NCBI GenBank assembly: GCA_038087875.1
Contig: CM075990.1
Coordinates: 14,882,001-14,942,000, forward strand
Direction of reading: 5' to 3'
DNA length: 60,000 bases
Source of the DNA: Malacoraja senta
Taxonomy: Eukaryota
The translations under genes and the position numbers were made by a program. How positions within the stretch are numbered: the stretch's first letter is position 1; the number at the start of each line of letters is the position of its first letter. Shown here piece by piece: positions 50,298-60,000 of this stretch. The notes under the pieces are model-generated. The model made no database searches and was not told the origin of the DNA. It worked only from the letters and a program-made list of their open reading frames with translations.

Positions 50298-52002
50298 CTT
50301 AAACAAATAAAATTGTTCAATTTCTGTGTATACATCTTGAAAACTTAATGATCTCAAGTTCAATTAGATATTAACTGATTGAAACATAGGAGCCAATACA
50401 TTATGTGGTTGACCAATAATTTATATTTCTCAGAATTCATATATGGGTTTTTTTCATTTTTAAAACATCATTACAAAGCAGCACATTGGTAATAATAATG
50501 AATCATACAGCATCACCGATTTTCAGTAAAAGTTGATTACAATTTTGTTAGCTTTATAAAGAGGGTTCATTCTTAAAATGTAATTGTAAGGATGGGCAGT
50601 ACAAAACACTGAGTCAAGAGTCATACAACATGGAAACAGGCTCTTCAGCCCACCTTGCCCATGCGGAGCAAGCTTCTCCATCTACACTAGTCCCACCTGG
50701 CTTTATCCCACTAAATCTTTCCTGTCCATGTACTTGTCCCAATGTCATTGAAGAGATCTGGCTCTGTGTCTGGTCATGAGGTTGATGTATCCATACCTAT
50801 ATCCCTTCTTCTGGCATCACATTTCATGCCTCTTCTCTCCTTATCTCATTGTCTTTTGTCTTTTGATGTCTGGCCTTCTTCCAACTGTCTGCCAATCAAA
50901 CTCTTCTCGCCTACATCCGCCTATCACTTGCCTGGCTTTGTCTAGCCCCCACCTCGCATCCAGCTCTCCCCCCCCCCCCTCCCCACAGCTACAAATATTC
51001 TGAAGAAGGTCTCAACTTGAAATATTGCCAATTCACATCAGGTTGTATCTTCAGGCCGTGGTGTCTCCATTAATATATTAATTGTTTAATATTGTTTCCA
51101 CTTAAAAGTTGATGCTGTAATTATTAGTGTACATTGCAATATGGTTTCCTAAAAATATGTTGTTATTCAGAATGAAATTTGAACCATATTTTTTCTCTTT
51201 CCCTGGCGATGCTCTTTGTTGTGTAAAGGAATTCCTTATTGCCAGGTCTGTGCCAAAGGTTTGAATGCAAGTAGAGCTGGATTCCTCCTCCAATTTAATT
51301 CCTAATACTCTGCTGAGCAGTGATGGATAACCATGTGGACCGAAAACGTGTGCGGCATCGACGGCTGCTTCACAAGGGACCTCTGGGATGCTGCTCTTGT
51401 GACCCGAGCCCTTGCATAACTCGGCACTTGATGAAACTGATTCTAATCTTCAATTTAGGTTCAGATTTCAATCGGGACTCGCGTCGCACCTTCCCCATTT
51501 ATTTGTTTATTCAGCGTGACAAACGAGTAATTTGTTTACTCATGGGCTCTGTAGTAAAATGAGGTTGGTGCTTTTTGATTATTAGATTTCAAAATGTCTA
51601 ATTTATTCTTTATCTCATTCATAAATAATTCTGGACCTGAATATTATTTAAACGGAAAAATAAATTGTTTTGAAGAGAAAATTGCCTGTATCTGTTGAGG
51701 AGTCCAGTGAGTGCGATATTGCTGAGTTAATGATTTACAAGAGGAAGCTAACCTGTGGGATATGTTGGACTATTAGTGGCTATGCATGAGTAGCCAGGCA
51801 GCTGATCTGGTGGCCACAGGTAAATGTTCTCATTTCTCATGAGCAAAGTTCCTGCTGAGATAGGTAATGATCTTCATAGCAGGGCAAAGAAAGGTGTGGA
51901 GAATTGAATGAAACAGTAAAAAAAATGCCAACAATAGACTGAGCAGGGCAGCTAAGTATGCACGGTGCAGAAACTGCCAATAGATTGACGTTCATCAAGG
52001 GA

Positions 52003-52124
52003 TTTTGGGAAAAAGCAGGAACGGGGTACTGATTTTAGATGATCAGGCATGATCATATTGAATGGCGGTGCTGGCTCGAAGGGCCAAATGGTCTACTCCT
52101 GCACCTATTTTTCTATGTTTCTAT
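52003..52124 (+). mobile_element. CR1/HER1 3' tail
   Basis: Same tail as about 23725-23860. Confidence 0.8.
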
Positions 52125-52746
52125 CACTTGAAACCTCCGTGCTCGACTGAAGTACAGGCCCTAACCAAACCCACTTCTTTGCAGCTTACAACTCTCGACA
52201 ATACCGTTTATTTTGCATTCCAATTAAATTATAGCTGCTAGTGCTCTTGCCTGGAATTGGTGGCTTTGGTATATCAGTGTCAAACAGAAAACAATTACTT
52301 TCTTTTATTGCTCAATAAGATTCATAAATGTAGCTTTGATTCCTATTTCTCATCGATATTGGGCTCATGGTTTTAATGTGCACATGGCAGAAAACATTGG
52401 GGGTTTAGATGTGCGACTGGTAAAGGTGAGCGGACTGATTTTGCGTTATGGCATATGTTGTGATTCTGCATAGGTGATTGATGGTATATCAGATGTGTTT
52501 GGATGGCATGAGTTTAAAATTCTCTTGAGCAAACCTTTTGCTGCACACTATGTATGTGATTTAGGAAAACACAAGGGTTGACAGTATAATGTAATAGATT
52601 CCAGCAGTTGAATTCACCAAGAGGTGGGACCCCTGGTAGTTAGTTCATCTCACTTCTTTGTCACTAGAATCTTCTCCTGAACTGCTTGTCCCCCCTAGAC
52701 CTCCAGCATGGCCTTTGCTATATTAAAACCCAGAGAAGCAACTCAA

Positions 52747-52885
52747 TTCATAAGACCATAAGTTCCAGAGGCAGAATTAGGCCATTCAGCCTATCAAATT
52801 TACCACCATTCAATCATGGCTGACCTCTCTTTCCCTCTCTTTCCCTCTCAACTCCATTCTCCTTTCTTCTCCCCATAACCTTGAT
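52747..52885 (-). mobile_element. CR1/HER1 3' tail
   Basis: GCAGAATTAGGCCATTCAGCC...CTCCCCATAACC. Confidence 0.75.
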
Positions 52886-53042
52886 AAAATCCCCATTGGA
52901 TGGAGTCAAACATTGCATCAAGGTAGAAAAAGAAAACTGCAGATGCTGGAAATCTGAAATAAAAGAAGAAAATGCAGAAAACACTCAGCAGGTCTGGGAG
53001 CCTGGGAAATGTTAACTGTTTCTTTCCATAGATTCTTCCAGA

Positions 53043-53366
53043 CATGGATGTGGAGAGGATATTTCCATTAGTGGGAGAGTCTAGAACTAGAGGGCATAGC
53101 CTCAGAATTAAAGGATATTTTTTTGGAATTTCTTTAGTCAGAAGGTGGTGAATCTGTGGAATTCTTTGCCACAGAAGGCTGTAGAGGCAAAGTCAGTGGA
53201 TATTTTTAAGGCAGAGATAGATAGATTCTTGATTAGTACAGGTGTCGGAGGTTATGGGGAGAAGGCAGGAGAATGGGGTTAGGAGGGAGAGATAGAACAG
53301 CCATGATTGAATGGCGGAGTAGACTTGATAGGCCGAATGGCCTCGTTCTACTCCTATTCCTTATGA
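53043..53366 (+). mobile_element. CR1/HER1 LINE 3' end
   Basis: GTGGTGAATCTGTGGAATTCTTTGCCACAGAAG followed by the 3' UTR. Confidence 0.85.
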
Positions 53367-53947
53367 CATGCTGAGTGTCTCCAACATTTTCATCCTTACA
53401 TTGCACACAAACATGCATGTTGCCAGCATCAACTCCAGGCCAGGACATGGCTTCTGGAGTTCTGTAGGCCTACGTCCTACTCAGTCACCTTTAGGTCCTT
53501 CATCAAAAGCCTTTGCTCCATCGTAAAATCAGAGTGGAGTTGTTTGCTGATGATTGCAACCACTCAAACGATGAAGCACCCAATGTACAAGTGCAACAAG
53601 ATCTAGAAGGCAGACAAGATAGGACAACCAGGTGGAAAGTCATGTTAGATTATTGCAAAAACAACTATTTCCAACAAGGGAGAGTCAAACAACTCGGAAT
53701 TGCATTGCCTTTGATTCACTCCTCCACCATTTTAGTTCTGAGGTCAACACTGCTCAGAAACCTTAACATGGCCAACTTAACATGACCAGGATTGTTATTG
53801 GTAGAATCATTAGGAGACAAATAATTATTTCATGCAAAATATTTTTTCATTTCATATTGCTGACTATGTGATCAATGGAGTCAAAGTAGACATGGCATTT
53901 AAGAAGGAATTAGATACACAGTTTAAAGACAAACTATGGAAGAGATA

Positions 53948-54240
53948 GGTGGCAGCATGGTGACACAGCGGTAGATTTGCTGCCTTACAGCGTCAGAGAC
54001 CTGAAATCGATCTTGGCTATGGGTGCTGTCTATATGGAGTTTATACCTTCTTCCCCTGACCGCATGGGTGCTCCAGTTTCCTCCCACATTCCAAAGATGT
54101 TCAGGTTTGTAGGTTAATTGGCTTCGGTAATTTGTAAATTGTCTGCAGTGTGTGCTAGTGTATGAGGTGATCGTTGGACGGGCACGGACTTGGTGGGCCG
54201 GAGGGCCTGTTCCGCACTGTATCTCTAAACTAAGCTAAAA
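53948..54240 (+). mobile_element. HE1-type V-SINE
   Basis: Head, core and CTGTATCTCTAAACTAA tail. Confidence 0.85.
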
Positions 54241-55344
54241 GATAATAGAGAGACGTAGGTTCCTCGAGTAAAGGGGTTTCCAGAACAGACGCTGGTTGAC
54301 CTCTGCTTGGAAGCTATCTCCTTCATTTGGAATTGCCACCTGCAGTCTCCATTGGATGGAGTCCTACCTCAGGCTGACCACCTTTGTGTTGTCTGCACGC
54401 AGGACTATATCCCGTTCAGCCATCCAGAGCATAGAGGTCAGCATCTGAGACCTTGAGTAGTGGCGTGATCAGGCCCTGCCTCTGAGATCCCACCAACAAC
54501 TTTACACACCTGGCAAGGATAGGGCCAGGGCTTTTCAGATGGGAGGAACATGTTTATTTTTAGTAGTATTGACTGCTGAAGGTTGGGGAATGACGTTTTC
54601 ATGGCTGAATGCAGTGCTTCTGAGTAAAACACCAGCAATAACCTGCTGTCTTTGTCCTTGTGTTTTTACAGTATAAAAATATGTTTTCATCTATAAATCC
54701 TACCATTCCCTATATCACCAATCTAGTTTTGCATTTGTTTAACACTCCACATCCCTTGATGTTTTCTTTGAGGCATTTGTGTGACTCGGACATTGTTTGA
54801 ACTTAAAGCATCACTAAGCCACGCTTGTCCACCTCGAGGCTAAACTTGCGATGCACATCCCAATTTTCCTGCTTTATTATCCATCAGTTCAGCTTTTAGT
54901 GAAAGAGGTTTTCAGGTTTATTGTTTTCCTACACAGTCACATGAGAAAATATCAGAATTACTCTACAACCTGAGCAGGGGAAGATAACATCATTGATATT
55001 GCCAGTGGCTGGGCTGGAGAAGACAGACACTGACTGACTTTACGACTAGAAAGAGTCACTGCAGTGCACTTCACATAAAGATGATGTTGGTGACCGAGTC
55101 CATAATGGAGTTGAGCTCCAAGGCCTTGATTAGCAATACACCGAACCATATAACAGTGACATGGGTTTGGCCAGACCAAACCCCACTGAGAAAATCCCTC
55201 TGAAAATCTTTAAGTACAAAGTCACCCTTGGTTTGTCTTCCCGCTCATGTTGTGGAAGCTTTTAATGTTGCTGAATTCCCCAGATATTTGAAAGCATTCA
55301 AAATTTACTCATAAAAAACAATTAAAACAAAAACGACATTTTTT

Positions 55345-55985
55345 TTTTAAATTATTTTTTTATTAAATTCTTTTTTTATTGAACATGTTAAAAAAAATAC
55401 AAACACAAATAAACTTATAAGCAGTAAAAAAAAGAAAGAAAGAAAATAAAACACAAAGGAAAACAAACAAATTAAGTACCTCAAATAATACAAATAATAT
55501 CGTTCATGTTCAAAAGGGGTAAGAAGAAGTTCGAAAACTTTTCTGGTCCTACCCCCTCTTATTTTCTATACATTTTCATGGAAAAACAAAATAATGGGAA
55601 CAAATGGACCCAAAATCTGTTGAACAGTCCACAAACAAGAAATAACCAAACAGAAAAGAAAATGACTGGTCCAGCTCATAACCATTCAATCTTTTGTTTC
55701 TGAAGAGTGTTTTTAGTTTGAATAGAGTCTTACATTTTTTCATCTCATCATGGCAGTTATTCCAGAGACTAACACCCTTTGCTGGAACACAATGGAGTTT
55801 TGCATTAGTTCTTATTGCCGGTTTTTTCGAATATATCGGTTCCTCTCAGGTTGTGTTTGCTTTCTCTCCGTTGGAACAACCCCTGGATATTACAAGGCAA
55901 TTGCTGATTTGCTGCTTTGAACATAATTTGGATAGTTTTATAATCCGTCAGATCTTGAAATGTTAATGTTTTAAGTCAGTCATTA
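55345..55985 (-). mobile_element. Crack/Daphne-type (L2 group) LINE 3' end
   Basis: Minus strand encodes LKTLTFQDLTDYKTIQIMFKAANQQLPCNIQGLFQRRESKHNLRG (frameshift) RTNAKLHCVPAKGVSLWNN, then an AATAAA/poly-A tail. Confidence 0.7.
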
Positions 55986-56142
55986 AACAATGAGACATTG
56001 TAAATAATTACTGCCAATACAATTAAGTCTGAAGAAGGATCCCAATCTGAAACATTGTCTATCCATTCCCTCTACAGATGCTTCTTGACCTACTGAGTTA
56101 TTCCATTACTTTGTGCTTTGCTCAAAATTCCAGTATCTGCTT

Positions 56143-56600
56143 ATGTAGGAAAGAACTACAGATGGTGGTTTGTACCGAAGATGGGCACAAAATTCTGGAG
56201 TAACGCAGTGGGCCAGGCAGCATCTCTGGAGAAAAGGAATAGGTGACATTTTGGATTGAGACCCTTCTTCAGACTGAAGTCAGAAGAGGGTCTCGACCAG
56301 AAACGTCACCAATTCCTTTTTTCCAGAGTTGCTGCCTGACCCGCTGAGTTAAGGGCCTGTCCCACTTTCACAACCTAATTCACGACCTCTGCCGAGTTTG
56401 CCCTTGACTCATACTCGCAGCATGGTAGTCACGAGGTCGTAGGAGGTCGTAGCAGGCCGTGGTGCTAGTCGTAGGTATTCGTGGCATCAAGTAGGTCGGG
56501 CGATTTTCTAGCATGATGAAGAATGTCCCCGAGTAAAAAAAGGTCGTGAATTAGGTCGTGAAAGTGGGACAGGCCCTTGACTCCAGCATTTTGTGTCTAT
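56143..56600. mobile_element. Palindromic Penelope mini-element interrupted by a MITE
   Basis: Right arm CCGCTGAGTTA|CTCCAGCATTTTG is split between 56351 and 56581. An older copy lies at about 56025-56140. Confidence 0.85.
56352..56577. mobile_element. Harbinger-type MITE, complete
   Basis: AGGGCCTGTCCCACTTTCACAACCTAATTCACGACCT and its near-perfect inverse. TSD TTA/TGA. Confidence 0.92.
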
Positions 56601-58039
56601 TTCCAGTATCTGCAGTTCATTGTGTCTCCATCAGGAAAGAAAATCAATTTGAATGGATTTAAGTCATAATTATGGACCTGTTCAAATTATCTGTAGACCT
56701 CCAGAAGGTAACTCTACTACTACATAGAAATGATGGATGATCACAGTAAAAGGATTGCAATAATCCTGGATGACAGAAATCTTCATATAATGTGGGCAAT
56801 TATATTAGATAATGTGATCTTCACAAAAAGTTTGCAGAATGCATTTGATTTACCTGCTAGGCCAATAAAATGTGGACCTGGTCAGGATGCAGTATGTCAT
56901 AAGACAGTATTAAATCTAAAACCTCGTGATTCTTTAGGGAAGAGCAATCATAATATGACAGACTCTCCAATTTTTTAAGGGAATCTTAAGGTAATTTAAA
57001 TTCTTTGTTATAATTTTCTGGTCTTAAAATGTTTACAACTTTGGTTTATATAACTTTAGAAGCATTGAGGAATAACTAATAAGTTTATAAAGAATGTAGA
57101 AAGAGAGCCAAATAACAAGAAAGATAAACATAAGTTGTGAGTCAAATAATGCAGGCATTCAGTACCAAAGTAAATACTAGTCCCTATAAACTGAGGCACA
57201 TGAATTTACAATAGGATAAACATATTAATCAAATGCTTTGCAAGTACCATCACAATAGTAGACATTGATAGTATTCTGATTAAATATCAAATAAACGAAG
57301 AGAGGCAAGGATCAATATTGTCAGCAAAATCATAGTTGTTAAATGAAAAGGACTTGGGATTCCTTGATAATTCTTCGAGTACATGTGAAATGGCTGAATT
57401 GGAGTCTGTAGTTTACAAAGGCCTAAGGCAATAGAAAATAGCAACATGTAATACACAAATTATTGTTTTGATGTCAGCTAAAACCAGTATGGTTACTTTG
57501 TCTGAAGGGTCAAGACAGCAGTTCCTGGATAGAAAGAGAAGCTAATTAGGATTTCTGTTGCTTAATGCAATCACTATTGGAAGTATATGTGCAGGCATCA
57601 ATTGAAGACCAGATTAAGATGGGCGTTGGGAGATGTTTCCAACATTCACATCCTATAATACCCATGGTCCAAGGCAAAGAGATCCCATCATCGCATACAA
57701 GGGAGTTTTATCTCTTGCCTTGCATTAAAAGGGCTTGTTGCACCAAACTAATGGAGCCATTGGTTATGGCAAATAAAAACAATGATGTAAGGATGTATTT
57801 GCGATGTGGATGAGAGAATTTCTGGTAAGGTATAGAATTGGTTCTTGCAATTCCTGAACCAGACCTATTCACTTTGCAACCTCATTTGATGAGTATTCTT
57901 GTATTTGATGGATTACAATGAGTAGTATGGAGAATATGACCTAAGCAGCTAGTGTTGGATCAAATGTTCACACTCAGCAACTTAAAGCATCTTTAGCATG
58001 ACATACAACCAACCTAGTGAACAAGATCATTGTAAATAA

Positions 58040-58285
58040 TAATGTAGGGAAACAAGAAACTTTAAAACTGGTTTCACTAAAAGCTAAGGAGATATCGTGA
58101 TTAGTAACTCCACGGGTAACTCCACAGGTCAGGCAGTATCACTAAAGAACAAGGATAGGTGATGTTTTGGGACAAAACCCTTCTTCAGATCCATGGTATC
58201 CAGAGATGCCATCTGACCTGATTTACTCCAGTATTTTGTGTCATTCTTTGGTAAACCAGCAAATCTGCAGTTCCTTGTTTCTGCA
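58040..58285. mobile_element. Degenerate palindromic Penelope mini-element
   Basis: AAAACCCTTCTTCAGA centre with diverged inverted arms. Confidence 0.65.
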
Positions 58286-58487
58286 AGATATCAGGAGTGT
58301 TGGCCAAAGTTTGTGCGGCTTGGGAAAGATAAGAGATACAGAGATTTAGAGAGGATATTAAGAGCTTGGAGCAAATACTGATTAAAGTTGGCGGCTTTGG
58401 TTACTCAAACAAGATGTGCATTTTTGTTTAAGTCATTGTTTTCTTCTGGAAGGAGTGGAAACCTAATTGGGGAAGTTGAATTCAACT

Positions 58488-58975
58488 GGGTGACAACCAA
58501 GAATAGTTTGGTGACTACTGGAGAGACAGTTGACGGCACGGAAAGACGGCACCCGGGACAGGCTGGGTTAGCACCCCAGTCTGTGTCTTTCGTGAGAAAG
58601 ACACCCAATAAAGCTACGGAAAGGCCTAATGAATCACCGTGGCCTAAAAATCCACCAGACGAGAATGAAATGCTCGGAGAAGGAGAAAGAAGTGCAGCGC
58701 ACAGGTCTTGAACCTGGTGAGACGCAGGAGGAGCCCAGCCAGGACTCACCCCACAGAGCCCAGTCCCTCCACGAACTAGAATCTCCCAACCTCTGCAGAG
58801 TAGTTATTAAGATGGCTGATCCGTGGGCGGATGCTGCTGGGACGCAAGTCGGGGCCTTATCAACCCCGGCTGGGTGGCCTGGGCGAGGGTGTCTGATGTT
58901 GTGAGACCCCAAACACTCGATGACCCCCAGGTCAAATCACTGAGGATGCGTCCCAGCGCATCTAGAAGATGTATA
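58488..58975 (+). mobile_element. Internally deleted HERO-like non-LTR retrotransposon (restriction-like endonuclease class)
   Basis: 5' UTR-like CAACCAAGAATAGTTTGG...GCTACGGAAAG, N-terminal NHRGLKIHQTRMKC...PGETQEEP, fused to C-terminal IKMADPW and 3' UTR TCAACCCCGGCTGGGT...CACTGAGGATGCGTCC. Family assignment is by recall of fish HERO elements. Confidence 0.75.
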
Positions 58976-60000
58976 TTTTTCACACATAAATTTGTGACAA
59001 ATTCAGATTTTAAGAAAAGTTTTATGGATGCAATTAAGAGCAAGGTTAGTAGTTGTTACCTAAACTACGACCAACAGATATTACTATGCTCTGATGCTCA
59101 GTACTACCTCGGCAAGTCTTGAGGTTTAGAATTATTTGTCAACTGAAAAAATACCAGCAAGTAGTTTGAGGTACATGGCCAAAGAGGTTAGATTTTTGTT
59201 TTAATTGGTTTTTGTTCGATAAAATTCCACATTAGGTCAAACAGAAATGTCACTGTGCAAGATTTATTGGCTTCAGTTGTTTTGTACTTGCACCAGTGGT
59301 TCTTCAATACTTGTTTAGTATTTGAACTGAAAAATTCTTTACTGAAAATCAATCCTTGCCTTTCGTTGTTCAAATCTGGTAACATTTCCAGGGTTTTAGG
59401 GGGGTATTTATAGGCTGTTTGTGGAAGGAGAAAAGATGTTGAGTTTCTTATTTATCTGGAAACCTAATGCAGACAAGTTGCTAGCTATGAACTAACTTTT
59501 TCAGGACTGTTGTATAATGTATCAGTCTTGAACTGCCAGCCATATTGTACTCAAGTGTTTTAGTGAGGTTCATTTTTTTTTGTTATGAACTCAATCACAT
59601 GCCTGTGCATATTAGAAGCTTGATTCAGAATTGCAGCCTGCAATGTGCAAACCTTTGTACTGAGTGCTAATTAAGAATATATGTACTGGTGAGGTAAGTA
59701 TTATTTGACTTGGTATTGTCTCCTGTTGTTGCCACATAATGGACGTGGTTCCGGTTGATTGTTTAAGTGGGTGGAGCGGTAGACAATCACCATTTGTGTA
59801 TTTTCACTTCTGGACTTTCCACATTGGAAAAAAGGTCGAACTGACATTTCTCATCTACTGCTTTGAATTTGCCTGAGAAATAAATTAGACCATAATGCAG
59901 TATACTTAGGTGGAAAAAAGATTCAGAGAAAAAATATGTAATACAAGAACAGAAAATGAAAGAAAATGTGTTCTTGATGCAGTAGGGGTCCTCTTAGCAC

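Noticed and set aside
56640..57850. Possible very old CR1 endonuclease region
   Set aside because: Only faint resemblance, with no motif I can support by eye.

Overview
This is eukaryotic, AT-rich, non-coding DNA. The repeat families (HE1-type V-SINEs, HER1/CR1 LINEs, a Deu-domain SINE, Neptune-type Penelope elements) point to a cartilaginous fish, probably a skate or ray. I found no credible host exon, so the window is most likely a large intron or a gene desert. It is a dense mosaic of mobile elements: (1) a Penelope-like element with a GIY-YIG endonuclease, an inverted terminal repeat and a 14-bp target-site duplication (TSD) at 45097-46633; (2) about 20 short, often palindromic derivatives of its terminal repeat, which carries a minimal hammerhead-ribozyme motif (intact in few copies), many with 10-15 bp TSDs; (3) seven PIF/Harbinger-type MITEs sharing the terminus GGGCCTGTCCCAC, one carrying a Penelope palindrome inside; (4) a Tigger-like MITE and a Tc1 end; (5) CR1, Rex/Babar, Vingi and Crack-like LINE 3' ends; (6) a doubly deleted HERO-like retrotransposon. 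Several transposon-poor stretches are candidate conserved regulatory elements. Family names come from motif recognition and recall, not from database searches.
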